Shown: piece by piece, positions 36,714 through 50,040 of the stretch
How positions within the stretch are numbered: position 1 is the first letter of the stretch
How the letters are laid out: each line of letters opens with the position of its first letter
NCBI RefSeq assembly: GCF_963921235.1
Contig: NC_086097.1
Location: 233,308,001 to 233,372,000, forward strand
Direction: 5' to 3'
Length of the DNA: 64,000 nucleotides
Origin: Mobula hypostoma
Taxonomy: Eukaryota
Program-made: the position numbers and the translations under genes
The notes under the pieces: generated by a model
Database searches by the model: none
Seen by the model: only the letters and a program-made list of their open reading frames with translations
What the model was told of the DNA's origin: nothing

Positions 36714-37629
36714 TATTCTTCTGCTGGCTTGTTGTTCACATCTATTCCTACTCCTTGCTAAGTGCTGACGCATTCCTAGTCAACACTTCCGTGAGCTTGT
36801 GACTATATTCTCCAAGTCTCAACCAACTGACCTTCCTCCTTCAAGATTCACCTCTTGCATAATATTAAAAGAAATCCTAAAGTGAAATTTAGTGATTTGT
36901 CAATAAATTGGTCTTAAAATTTGCAGTCATTGTAACTCCCTCCAAGGTTGGCCTAAAATGACCATCATAGGTAGATGTAGCTAAAGTGTCCACTTAGTGT
37001 ATATCTTAATACCAATTTCATATCATAGCATGGAGCAAACTTGATGAACCGAATGGCTAAATTCTGCTCCTATGCCTTATAGTAATACACTACTAGATTT
37101 GAACTTCACGTGGAGAAGCTTCAACTCAACTTGTGTGTAATCACCTGGAATTAACAATAACTACTGTCGGCATGGAAATGATCACTCAGCGGTTTCTTGC
37201 TTACCTTTTGTTTGTTGTGCAACAAATCATTATCCCCTATTCAATAACTGTGAAGGTTCTGGTGTTTTCATCTCAAATTAGTATTGACACACTCTGGTGC
37301 ATCAGATAATAGTTCAGAATATAAGCTGGATAGACACTGCAGCTGAATCTTTTCAACCAGCTAACTTTAAGGGTGTTTTGGAATGCATGTAATTTAACAG
37401 TGGTATGTGCTACTGGTAATTGACAGACTGAGTAAATTACTACTAGATTAGATCTAAGGCTTTTATAGCTGGGGGTAGTAGCTTCCTTCCCCTTCGATGT
37501 TGAGAAGAGGGCACGTCCTGCGTGGTGGGGGTCCTTAATGATGGATGTTGCCTTGTAATCTCTCCCATTCCCATCCTGCTCAGTCATAATTGTTTTTCAT
37601 AAATATTATTTAATATTGGATGTCTAAGG

Positions 37630-38160
37630 TTGTCATAGCTGGGGGAAGGTAATAGCTGCCACTATTTAATAAATGCTTCCAATGGAGCACTCCTCTATTA
37701 GTCTCTGACAACCAAGTCCAGCTCTAGGCCTTCACATGTGGCTTAGCTACCAAGCTCATCAAAACCATTTGTACTGACAGGAGAAGGGACAAAGGTGGGT
37801 TATTGGGGTCTTAAAATCTATTGCTTTGGAGAGATGGGGCTCATCAGCCATGGTCGCTCAAACCTTTGATACCTTGCGGCTATACCCACTCATGAGAAAG
37901 GTTTCAGGTGTAAACCCCAAGGGAAAAATTTGGATTTGATGTCCCTAAGGCAGTCCTACATTGAGTTGAACACTGACTGGCAACTCCTGCGATGCTGCTG
38001 GTCCCAAAGTCTATCAGTCTCTGCTGTTCCTTTGGGTTCATCAGATGTATGAAGAGGAGGAGCTTGCTACCTGGGCAACAGCCTGCTCTCCATATCGTAC
38101 TGCCCAGGCTTGTGTATCTGGACAGCTAGGATGCAACATCCATAGTCGACCATGACCTAC
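37630..38160 (+). mobile_element. RTE-like 5' UTR-derived repeat
   Basis: Aligns with 16620-16985 and extends further 5'. Confidence 0.6.
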
Positions 38161-39013
38161 AGAGTCCTCAGAGATGAGATCAATCAAATGTATTGATTTT
38201 TTTAACCTTTTACGATATTCTCTAAATAATCTCAGTGATTTCCATCTCAATTTTTAACGTAGTTGGTTAGGCATTTAGTAGTTTCTTGGCCCCACTGGAT
38301 CTACTGGCAACTGCAGGATGTTGCCAGTTTTATTTCATTGAGGTAGTAAACTGCAATGCACTGTGACTCTGGCATATTTTACATCTGAAGTGATTGGTAT
38401 GGGAATGGATGATGACACAATAAAAAGGACGTTATTATCACCAAATAATTCAAACCCAGGTTATAGATCTGAGGAAACAGAAGTATTTTTACAGGTATGC
38501 TAAGCAAGATATCTGTTATGTTTGTTGTTGATAAAAGAGAATCTTAGCATGGGTTTAAATTAATACATATTTATTCTCAGTACACTATTGTCATGGCTTT
38601 TTGCTTCACACTTTAGCATGTGCTCCCAGTTCACCAATGTCCTTCCGAATCAGCCTGAACCACCGGCATTGCACACTGGGAACTGAAGTTCTTTATTATG
38701 TACATACATAATAACACATCTTCCCTCTTTGAAGAAAACAAACACAATACAATGCCCTCATAAACCTGCAGGAAACAATAACACTTCCCAACAAAGATAC
38801 TTACATTAATATAAATTGTAATGAGCCTTTCAACACAGATATTTACATTATCTTCAATTGTAATGAGCAAATACAAATCCTTGCTCACTCATCCACCCCC
38901 AATCCATCTCTGTGATGGCTTAATGATCACTTTCAGTCTATTTGTGTCCATAGATGTGTAACTTTCATTTGCTGTGTTCATTCTCTGTTTGTGTTCTTGC
39001 TGTGTGGCCATAA

Positions 39014-40230
39014 TGTCATAATGGGGGGCACTGGGAGCGGACCCAAATGCAAGACACAGACACTGAAATACTAGGAACAGGACTAGGTGTGACAAGGAAG
39101 CAAGGGGAGAGGGGGAAAAAGATGCTGTACATGACACAGGCCCTGGATGAGACAAGGATATAGGTCCTGGGCTAGAACTTGACTAGGATAGCATATCCAG
39201 GACATGGAACTGGGAACTAGGAGCCTGGGCTTGGACTCCGAGCCAGAGACTGGACAAGGACCTGAAACCCGTGTCTTGACTTGGGCTCGGACCCCAGATC
39301 TAGGTGAAGACATGACGAGACTTGGGTTCTTTGAGGCTAGGGTACTTCAAGACTTGGGTATGGACTCTGAGCCAGAAACTGGGCAAGGATCCAAAACCTG
39401 GGACTTGACTCAGGCTCGGACTCCAGAACTAGACGAGGACAAGACGTGGCTCCAGGATGAGGAGTGGCAACAGGACTGGATGCGAGACTCCTGGACAGGA
39501 CAAGGGAACCCCAACACTGGGGTGGGCAAGGTACTCCTGGGCTGGGCGAGAACACAAAGCCATAGCTTGGACAGGACAAGGTTCTTGGATTGTGGCTAGG
39601 ACTGGATGAGACCCTGAAGCCTTGACCTGGTCGAGGGAGAGATAAGAACGCAGAGCCTTGGTCAAGGGAGAGACAGGAACATGGAACACAGAGCTGGGAC
39701 CTCTCCTTGGAAACAGGACGTAGGGTCAGGATTCATACACAAAACACAGAGCTGGGACCCCTCCTTGGGTACAGAACATAGGGCCGGGACTCATTACACA
39801 GAATGCAGAATACGACGAGACAATTCCCATCACAAAGTAGCAGCAGACAGCCGGACCTACCTAGCGAAGGCGTGGATACAAATGGTTCCCAACACTAGGT
39901 AGTGGTAAACAGCCGGACCTACCTAGCGAAGGCGTGGACACAGAAACAGTTCAAAACAACGATAGACAGTTCCTTATCTTGCTCTGGCGATTGAACTAGA
40001 CAGCGGTGCAGGCGAGGCAACAGAAGGAAGAGAAGGGAAGAGATTCAGACAGGGGGTTTGGACAGGAACAATCCAGCAGCCAGAGGCTGAATCCTGAAGC
40101 TATTTATGAAGCCAGCCTAATCGAGAATCAGCTGCCTCAACAGAAACTGGGGAAAACCAGAAAACGTGGAATAAGGAGTGTGGACCAGACCGTGAACCGG
40201 AACTTGAATTTCACGGACCGGACCATGACA
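39014..40230 (-). mobile_element. Solo-LTR-like element, 1217 bp, 5-bp TSD cataa
   Basis: tgtcat...atgaca termini; cataa at 39009-39013 and 40231-40235; minus-strand TATA-like ataaata near 40101; several internal tandem repeats. Confidence 0.82.
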
Positions 40231-40584
40231 CATAATTTGCTCCACATGCCTCATAATGAGGCCCTGGAAAACATCCATATGATGAGTCTTTGCACAAGTT
40301 CCAACTGATTCCATCTCACTTCATAGTGCTCCTTCTGTTGGCTGCATATCATAGTTAGCAACTCCAGTTGGTTTGTTTTGAACTGTTGCTGTTATTCTGA
40401 CCTTAGGGATTGCAAGGTCTCAAAATCTTCCCTTATATTTTAATGGATCGTGCAGATATCTTTGGTTTCCATTCTTCAACTGGAAGTTGATGCAAGACAG
40501 ACTTTGAACCACAGCTGCATGATGTGGAAGCAAGACTGGTGACCTTGTCATCATGATCAGTCTGTTCAGCACTAACGCCCTGAC

Positions 40585-41244
40585 TGGCATCTACAATAGC
40601 TTTCAAATTGATGAGACGCACACTCTTGACGGGCCTGAAGTCTTGAGTGAAATGTGGTCAAACTGAAGCCATTTTGTTTCCTGTTAATAAAATAATTCTA
40701 GCGCTTTTACCCACGCAAATTTGCCTTCGTTATAGAACAGATATAACATGGTGTCAGAAGTCGGTGTGAGGTCTAAATATGAAGTGTAACTGAATACCGT
40801 GGGGGACTAAGAAAGAGACATTAAGTTCTGGAGAGAAGCTGCCAGCAAGAGAGCGTACTGTCTTGAAGTTCACCAAGAAATTGACGTGAGAGCCTAAAAT
40901 TCCCCTCAATGGATACGCTAAGTCCTCCCGCAACTATGCAGTTTACTGGCAACCTAACTGATAAACTGGAAATGCTTTAAACAGCGATTCTATGTATATT
41001 TAACAGCGAGCAGAGCTGGAGGCACGGATGACAAAATTGAAAGCTTCTATCTTTCTACACGTAATTGGCAAAGAAGCTTTGGACATTTATAATAGATTTC
41101 AAATAGATGAGACACATGCTTTTAGTGGGATCGAGGTCCCAAGTAAAATGTGGTCGAGCTGAAGCCATTCTGTAAATCCACAGGTAAAATAGTTCTAGCA
41201 TTTTACCCACGCAAGCTTGTCTTTGTTAAAGAACAAACATAACA
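40585..41244 (+). mobile_element. Gypsy LTR-retrotransposon relic: LTR end, PBS, gag N-terminus, repeated LTR end
   Basis: taaca|tggtgtcagaagt (PBS 40749-40761); frameshifted gag from 40909: MDTLSPP..QFTGNL.DNWKCFKQRF..YLTAS...KASIFLHVIGKEALDIYN; 40585-40748 repeated at 41080-41244. Confidence 0.8.
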
Positions 41245-41473
41245 ATATCCTGCATTTCTAGATAACAAACCTGCATAGAATTGATGTTGTGGATTGACTG
41301 TTATATAACTTGACCAATTTTCACTGAGTTGTATGTTAAAAATCAACCTGTGTACACACTGGACAGGTTTGAATTAGGTAGGGATAAATTCTAACTAAAG
41401 GAAATAAAACAGTGGAACCTTCAAAATGGAATGAGATTCTGCCTGCGATAAACTCTCTCCAGAGTAAGACAGC

Positions 41474-41850
41474 ATCATCATTATCATGTGTTGTGTTGTA
41501 TGATGTGAGCAATCATGATCTATCCATGATCATGATTGTTCTTAGCAAATTTTTCTACAGAAATTGTTTGCCATTGCCTTCTTCTGGGCAGAGTCTTTAC
41601 AAGATGGGTGACCCCAGTCATTATCAATACCCTTCAGGGATTGTCTGACTGGCATCAGTGATTACATAAATGGGACTTGTTGTATGCAGCAGCTGCTCAT
41701 ATGACCATCCACCACCTGCTCCCATGGCTTTACATGACTCTGATCAGGGATCTAAGCAGGTGCTACACCTTGCTCAAGGATAACCTGCAGGCTAGTGGAC
41801 GGAAGGAACGCTTTACACCTCCTTTGGTAGAGATATATCTCAACCCCACC
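41474..41850 (-). mobile_element. SINE or non-autonomous element with an RTE-type 3' segment
   Basis: Reverse complement contains agaagaaggcaatggcaaac (BovB/Bov-A-like motif) and ends in a (tga)n tail. Confidence 0.55.
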
Positions 41851-42693
41851 AACCAGCAGTAAGGCAGTCCATTGAAATTGGCAGCTGAAATAACCTAATC
41901 TTAATTTGTATTTGATTAGAATCTAGGAGAAGGCAGGAGTTCTGGAAGAACAGAAGCAGATGGAAAATGTTTCCTTCATCAGATGAATTGAAGTAATAGA
42001 TTAAAGTTAAAAGTTCAATGTAAATTTATTCTCAAAATACATATATGTATCCATACTCTGAGATTCATATTTTTGCAGGCATTTTCAGGAAAACAAAGAA
42101 ATGCAATAGAATCTATAAAAAAAACTACGTACTAATAATGAATGACAAGCAACCAATGTGCAAAAGAAGCTGAATTGTACAAATACAAGAAGTATATGTT
42201 GAAGACATGAGTTGTAGTGTGTTGAGATGATTGAATATATTATGCAGAACAGTTGAGTAGAACAAGCATCTACACAAGAGTTCAGAAGAATAGAAGGTAA
42301 TCTCTTTGAAACAAGTAGAACATTTGGTGAAATTAACCAAATATTTCTCCCGGACAGATACTCCTGTGAAATCGGATAAGGAATCACTCTTTCAGTACTG
42401 AGACAAACAGAAAGTTCTTCATTCAATCTATTACAGAACTTTGGAACTCTTTAGCTCAGACAGCGTTGAACAAGAGTTCAGATATTGAAAAGGAAGATAG
42501 GTTGAGTGTATCTGGGGAAAGCAAGCTGCACGGACACCGAGTTTGAAAGCAATTTGAGGTCATTCATCAGTTCCAATCATGTTGAATGGTGGCACAGGGT
42601 TGAGGAGTGCTGGGACTCACAGCTTCTCCTCCTCCATTCTTTCATTGATACTTGGTTTACGTATCATGACACTAAAACCTTGGTGTTACGGAG

Positions 42694-43010
42694 CAGCACA
42701 GTAGCGTACGAATTAGCGTAGCACTTTACAGCGCCAGAGATCAGAGTTCACTTCTGCCGCTGTCTCTAATGAGTTTGTGCATTCTCGCAGTGACTCTGAG
42801 GGATTCCCCTGGGTGCTCCGGTTTCCCCCAGATTCCAAACACATACAATTTGGGGTTAGTAAAATTGTGGGCATATTATGTTGACGATGGAAGCGTTGCT
42901 GTACTTGAGGGCTGTCTCCAGCACATCCTTGGACTGTGTTGGTAGTTGATGCAAAAGTGATGCATTTTACTGCAAGTTTTGATGCATTATCTGATAAATA
43001 CAGCTCATCT
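42694..43010 (+). mobile_element. V-SINE
   Basis: tRNA-like head, cccctgggtgctccggtttccccca V domain; tail related to 23660-23730 (minus). Confidence 0.7.
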
Positions 43011-43269
43011 TTAACCTTTAAAACAGGTTATTCGGTCCATTGACTCTCAGAAGAATAATCACAACAGTCCCATTCCCTTTCTCCTTATTTCCCTGGAACT
43101 CAGCATCTTATTCTCTCTCTTATATCCCCACTATCCCCCTCACTTCTTACCTATAATTTGTGAAATTTGCAGTCACCAATTAATCTACCAGTACATCTTT
43201 CTGATATGACAGCATATAGAAGCACCAACAGATAGCGATGTGGTCACAAATGGAATGTGTAAACAGGAT

Positions 43270-44345
43270 TGGGGTAGGGAGCTGAGGCTTTGGCTCGGGA
43301 GGCAGTGGCTAAGGTGAGTTTCTGGCAAGTTTCTCTTTCTTATTATTGCACAGGTAGAGCTGTGAGAATGGAATCCAGAGCCGAGATGTGATCCTCAAAG
43401 TTCAAAGTACACATTATACAACCTTGAGATTCCTATCCTTACACAAAACAAAAAACCCAAAAGAACACATTATAAAAAAAAACAGCAACACCCAGTGCAC
43501 AAAAAGAGAGAAAAAAACACAAATCGTGCAAACAATAAAAGGAAGTGTAATGCTCAGCTATATTGGCTCATATATATCTAGGGGAAATCCCGTCGGCCGC
43601 CCGCCTGGACGCTTCCCGTTGGGTGAGTTGCTGTACCACTGCCACCAAAATCAGTTTCAAACATCAATCATCAACCAGCACACACAGTACGCTTTACCAA
43701 GTACACTTTATAGATATTACTAAGATATTACCAGGGGAAACTGCAGCAACCAGGTCTCTTGTGGTTTAGGAGAGAATGGGGATAAGAGTGCTAATAGAGG
43801 AGGGGAGCAGATAAGAGATCCTGTGGACATGAAAGAGTATGAATTTATTCAGTATGCCCACAAGAAAACTTTTATAATGACATACATATGTACTCTGACA
43901 ATAAAACAACTTTGAACTTTGACACTCCTGAATGATATGTTGCCTCCCAGGTGTCAGGGAGCGATATCTCAGGTTGAGTTCACAGTGTCCTTAAGTGGAA
44001 AGGAGAGCAGCCAGAAGACATGGTACATATTGGTACCAATGGCATACCTTGGAAAAGGGATGGGGTCCTGAAGAGCAAATATGGAGAGCTGGAGAGAAAG
44101 CTAGAAATCAAGACCTGAGGGGTAGTAATCTCGGGATAGCTGCCTGTGCCACACACCAGTATGAATAGGATGATATGTCAGATGAATGTGTGGTTGAAGA
44201 TCTGGTGCATGGTTCAGATTTTCAGACTTGTGGAACATTGCGATCTCCTATGACCTGTACAAAAAGGATGGGTTACACCTGAACTCGAGAGGGACTGATA
44301 GCTTTGTGGCCAGATTTGCTAGAGTAGTTGGAGAGGGTTTAAGCT
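43270..44345 (+). mobile_element. CR1 5' UTR/ORF1 esterase remnant with internal insertions
   Basis: tgttgcctcccaggtg, gtacatattggtaccaat and gatgggttacacctgaac match ORF1 at 5260-5620. Confidence 0.75.
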
Positions 44346-44639
44346 AGGTTGGTTGGGTGATGTTCTTATACAAGTTTGTCTTACAGGGAATATCATGGTC
44401 TCCCTCATTGTTTACATTACTCCTTTGCACTAGAGTATTCAATATTCCCCAGCTGGCACCTACAGGATGCTCTTTACTGTGCTCTGTCCTTGTCAGGTAA
44501 GGAAGAGGAAAGACTTGCATCATGTACATGTGGCCCAGGAACTTTACAGCAGTCACACCTGTTTCTCAGAGATCTAAGACCTACCTATCATGGTAATGAA
44601 ATAAGCCATACCAGTTCATTACAAGTATTGGTCAGTACA

Positions 44640-45470
44640 TAGACATAGAATAGTACAGCAGAGTATTGGTCCTTCAGTTCACAATTTATCGACTTTTCAA
44701 CCTACGTCACTTTCCTTTCACCCTTTAAGAGTCTCTTAACCATCTCAAATATATCTGCCTCTATCATCACCCTTGGAAGGGCATTCCAAACACCCTTCAC
44801 TCTCTGTTTAAAAAAAAATCCTATCTCTGACATCCCTCCTAAACTTTCCTGCCATCACCTAAACATTATGTCCCATCATATCAGCCTTGGGGGAAACAAA
44901 ATCTCTGGCTATCCACTAGATCTAGGCCTCTTATCATCTAATTAAGTCACCTCTCATTCTTCTTCATTCCAAAGAGAAATGCCTAGCTCACTCATCACTC
45001 ACCTACCCTCATAAAATATGCCATCTAATCCAGGCAGCATTCCAGGAAATTTCCTCTGCACCCTCTCTAAAGCTTTTGCATCCTTCCTCTAATGAAGTAA
45101 CCAGAACCGAACATAATATTCCAAGTGTGGCCTAGCCAGAGTTTTATCGAACTGCAACATTATCTTGTTGTTCTAAAACTAACAAAGACCAATTCACTGT
45201 ATGCCTTCTAAAGTGAATCAGAAATCAGGTTTAATATCACTGTCATATGTCATAAAATTGGTTAACTTAGCAGCATCAGTACAATGATAATGTAGAGAAA
45301 GAATACCATGAATTACAGTAAATATCATTAAATAAGTAGTGCCAAAATAGAAATAAAAATATGTACCCTGTTAACTTGTGCTGCAGCTTTGAGGGATCTA
45401 TGGACAGGCACATCAAGATTTCTCTATTCCTCCACACCGAAGAATCCTGCCATTAACCCTGTTCTCTCTT
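44640..45470 (-). mobile_element. Degraded CR1 3' fragment with a LINE-tail insertion (about 45215-45360)
   Basis: catagacatagaatagtacagca tail; aaccagaaccgaacataatattccaagtgtggcc is the reverse complement of RPHLEYYVRFW. Confidence 0.75.
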
Positions 45471-46477
45471 AATATGTAGACATTGCTCATTTATTTCAAG
45501 AAATCCAAGAAAATTGAACTTCACGTTCTTCACATTGGTGACCAAGAAGTTTTGATGCAGAATTTTTACTTCAGGGCATTAAGTGATTAGAATGGAGCTG
45601 GTGATGGCAAACGTGTTTTGTGAAGTTAAAGGCATTAGTCGTTAAGCAGTATTGCATATTCATTAAAGGAGATTTATGTAGCTCTGTGTTCAGATTGTAA
45701 TGGTGCAAAAATAACCTGCCTGACTTAAGTAACATGAGTAGAGGAAGGCTGAAGAGATACTTTTTAAAGCCGTGTTCCTTAGGCAAGAGAACCTCCCAAA
45801 ATTACCCTTGACTGATTAATTTCGTACATCAGGTTGCAGATTGAGGAGAATCTTGTCTTTTGTGTCCGTCTTGACTGGTACCATTTGTCAGTGTGGCAGA
45901 TATCTGCTGAAGTACCTTTGTAGCTATTAGAAGCTGAGCTAAGATTCCTGTAGACTGGATTCCCAGCTTTTCTTTTTGCTGAGAATTGAAACTTAATACA
46001 TGTCAACAATAGGCACAATTATAACAATGGATGGCCAGGTGAACTTCCAATGTTTTCCTACATTGACAATTCTCCTGCAATACTGCCCTATCTCCTGCAA
46101 CCTCCTGCAATCCAGCCTATCACCACATGAGGCCTATTGATCAGGCCAGAAGTATTTCCCTAAGCGAAAGGCTGGAACTGTTAAAAATACTCAAGCAAGG
46201 CAGCGAGGAACAGCGAGAACCAAACAGAGTTAATGTTTAAATGAAGGCCTTTCAACAGAACTGGAAGCTATTGATCAGTTTCAAAGTTCAAAGGAAAAAA
46301 TAAATTTATTCTCAAAGTACATGTATTTGATATGTAAATACCTACATATTAAGAGAGAACAGGGTTAATGGCAGGATTCTTTGGTGTAGAGGAACAGAGA
46401 GATCTTAATGTCCCTGTCCATAGATCCCTCACAAGTTAACAGGGTACATATTTTATAGCTATTTTGGCACTACTTAT
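45332..46477. repeat. Locus-specific inverted repeat: 45332-45479 versus 46342-46477
   Basis: gaatcctgccattaaccctgttctctcttaatatgtag versus ctacatattaagagagaacagggttaatggcaggattc; the match crosses a repeat-repeat junction. Confidence 0.85.
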
Positions 46478-49400
46478 ACAACTGAAATTCGTTTTCCTAC
46501 AGTCATTCAAGAATTCCAATAGAATCAATGAAAGACCACACCCAATAGGACAGAAAAACAACCAGTGTGCAAAAGAGAACAAACTGTGCAAATAATAAAA
46601 GAAAAATATAAGAGTAATGAATAAATTAATAATAAATATCAAGAACACCAGCTGAAGAGTCCTTGAAAGTGAGTCCATAGGTTGTGGGAACAGTTCAGTG
46701 ACGCAGAGAGTGAAATTCAGTGAAGTTATCTACTCTGATTCGAGAGCCAGGGGTAATAACTGTTTCTGAATCTTGTGGTATGGGCTCTGAGGTTCCTACA
46801 CCTTTGTTCTGATGGCAGCAGTGAGAAGAGAGCATGGCCTGGATGGTGGGGGACCTTGATAATGGAGGTTGCTTTCCTGCTACAACACTTCATGTAGATG
46901 TGCTCGATGGTGGGGAGGGTTTCACTCATGACGATCAGAGCCGTATCCACTATTCTTTGTGGGATTTTCTGTTCGAGGTTTCCATACCAGGCTGTGATGC
47001 AACCAGTCAATATATTCTCCATCACACACCTATAGAAGTTTGTCAAAATTTTAGATGTCATGCCGAATCTTCGCAAACTTCTAAGATAGTACAAGCTTCT
47101 AAGAAGAAACTGGAAACCTGTAAAGACTTTAAAAGGCAGCCTTGCACCACAAAGCGAGCAATAAAGAAAGGGAAGATAGATTATGAAAATAAACTAGCAC
47201 AAAATATAAAAATGGATGGTAATTTTTAAAATAATTATATAAAAACGTGGCTAAAGTGAATGTAGGTCCCTCAGAGCACGAGAAGGGGGAATTAATAATG
47301 GGTAATGAGGAAATGGCAGAGCCTTTGAATGACTATTTTGTGTCAGTCTTCACGGTGGAGGACACGTCTAAAATGCCAGAGAGAGATGTTATGGATGCGA
47401 TAGGAGGTAAGGACCTCGATACAATAGCAATCATTGGAGGTAGTGCTAAGCAAACTTGTGGGCCTGAAGATAGATAAGCCCCCTGGTCCTGATGGAATGC
47501 ATCCCAGGGTACTGAAAGAAATGCCAGAAGTTATAGTAGGGACTTTGGTGATAATTTACCATAAATCTCTGGACTTTGGGCAGGTCCTGGCAGATTGGAG
47601 GATGGCAAATGCCATGCCACTGTTCAAAAAAGGATGTAGGCAAAAGGTAGGTAACTATAGGCCAGTTAGTTTAACATCTGTAGTTAGGAAAATGCTTGAA
47701 GCTAAAATTAAAGAAGTAATAGCAAGGCATCTGGAAAAAAAAAGGATCCTTCAAGCAGACGCAGCATGGATTCAGCAAAGGCAGGTCCTGTTTGACAAAC
47801 TTACTGGAGTTTTTTGAATATATAATGAGCACAGTGGATAGAGAGGAACAGATGGATGTTACTTACTTGGATTTCCAGAAGGCGTTCAATGAGGTGCCAC
47901 ATAAAAGACTTATCTATAAGATAAGAATGCATAGTGTTGGAAATGATGAATTAGCATGGATAGAGGATTGGTTAACTAGTAAAAAGCAGAGAGTTGGGAT
48001 ACATGGGTGTTACTCTGGTTGGCGATCAGTGGTGAGTGGTGTGCCGTAGGGGTCGGTGCTGGGCCTGCAACTGTTCATGATATACATTAACAATCTGGAA
48101 GAGGGGAAGACTATATCTAAGTTTGTGATGATGCTAAATTGAGTGGAAAAGCAAAATGTGCAGAAGATACGGAGAGTCCGCAGAGAGACATGGGCAAGGA
48201 TCTCGGCAGAAGGAGTACAATGTTGGTAAATGTGAGGTCATCCACTTTGGAAGGAAAAATGAAAGAGCAGATTATTAGTTAAATAGTAAAAGAATTGCAG
48301 CATGCTGCTATGCAGAGGGATTTGGGAGTGCTTGCGCATGAATCACAAAAGGTTGGTTTGCAGGTGCGGCAAATGGCTTGTTGGCCTTCATTGCTAGAGG
48401 GATTGAATTTAAGAGCAGGGAAGTTATGCTGCAAATGTACAGGGTAATGGTGAGGTTGCACCTGGAGTACTGCGTGCAGGTCTGGTCTCCTTCCTTGAGG
48501 AAGAATATACTGGCTTTGGAGGTGATACAGAGGAGGTTCACCAGGTTGATTCCAGAGATGAGGGGGTTAGACTTTCAGGAGAGATTGAGTCGCCTGGGAC
48601 TGTGCTCACTGGAATTCAGAAGAATGAGAGGAGATTTTATGGAAACATAAAATTACGAAAGGGATAAATAAGACAGAGGCAGGAAGGTTGTTTCCACCAA
48701 TAGGTGAGACTAGAACTAGGGGATATAGCCTCAAGATTCGAGGGAGTAGATTTAGGACAGAGATGAGGAGGAACTGCTTTTCCCAGAGAGTGGTGAATCT
48801 GTGGAATTTTCTGCCCTATGAAGCAGTGGAGGCTGCCTCAGTAAATATATTTAAGACAATGTTGGATAGAAATTTGCATAGTAAAGGAATTAAGGGTTAT
48901 GGGGAAAAGGCAGGTAGGTGGAGATGAGTCCATGGCCAGATCAGCCATGATATTATTGAATGGTGGAGCAGGCTCGATGGGCCAGACGGCCTACTCCTGC
49001 TCCTATTTCTTATGTTCTTATGTAGACACTGCCATGCTTTCTTCATAACTGCACTTGCATGCTGCACCTTGGACAGCAACTCTGAAATGATAACACTGAG
49101 GAATTTAAAGACACTGACCCTCACCATCTCTAATCCCCCAATGAGGACTGACTCAAGGACCTCTGGTTTCCTTCTCCTGAAGTCAATTATCAGCGCATTG
49201 GTCTTGCTGACGTTGAGTGAGGAGTTGCTGTGGCACCACTCAGCCAGGTTTTCAGTCTCTCTCCCCTATATGCTGATTCATCAGTGCCTTTGACCTACGG
49301 TGTTCTTATCAGCAAACTTAAATATATCATTGGAGCTGTGCTTAGCCACACACTCATAAGTATAAAGTGAGCAGAGCAGGGTGCTTAGCCCACAGCTTTC

Positions 49401-50040
49401 TGGTGCACCTGGAGATTGTGGATGAGATATTGCCTGGGGTGTGCAAGTGAGGAAATCGAGGATCCAATTGCACAAGGAGGTATTGAAGCTAAGGTCTTGA
49501 AGCTTATTGATTAGTTCTGAAGAAATAATAGCATTGGATGCCGAGCTGTAAATGATAAAGAGCATCCTGCTGTCCAAGTGTTCCAGGGTTGAGAGAAGAG
49601 CTAAAGAAATGGTATCTGCTGTTACCTTTTTGTACCAGAAGGCAAGCTGGAGCAGATCTATGTTACTTCTCAGGCAGGAGTTGATATGTTTCATCAAATC
49701 CTCCCAAAGTACTTCATCACAGTAAATGTGAGCGCTACTGGTCATTAAAGCAGGTTAAGGCAGGTTATCACATTCTTCTGAGGCACCAGTGTAATGGAAT
49801 CCCGCTTGAAACAGGTGGGTACCTCAGACTGCAAAAGTGAGAGGTTAACGATATCAGTGAACACTCCAGCCAGTTGATCAGCACAGGTCTTCAGTACTCT
49901 GCCAGGTTCTCAGTCAGGACTGGATGCTTTCCATGGGTTCACCTTCCCGAAGGAAGCTCTCACATCAGCCTCAGAGACTGAAATCACAGGGTCATTGGAG
50001 GCTATTAAAGTTTGTGAAGTTTCCTCCATGTTTTGTCAGC
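46280..50040 (-). mobile_element. Rex/Babar LINE (46280-47092 and 49022-50040) split by a CR1
   Basis: ORF 46726-47094 (LRRFGM...FYRCVMENILTGCITAWYG...HTTRFRNSYYP) and 49281-49745 (SLCNWILDFLT, IFKFAD). Confidence 0.85.
47093..49022 (+). mobile_element. CR1 LINE, 5'-truncated, degraded ORF2
   Basis: ORFs from 47247 to 48927 with PGPDGMHPRVLKE, NYRPVSLTS and YLDFQKAF; tail ttcttatgttcttatgt. Confidence 0.92.

Noticed and set aside
39204..39940. Spaced direct repeats as a CRISPR-like array or repeat protein
   Set aside because: Only two copies per module, eukaryotic context, no cas genes, and they lie inside a TSD-flanked LTR-like element.
43545..43735. CpG-containing insert starting tgtaatg as an LTR
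   Set aside because: No matching terminus or TSD found; left unclassified.
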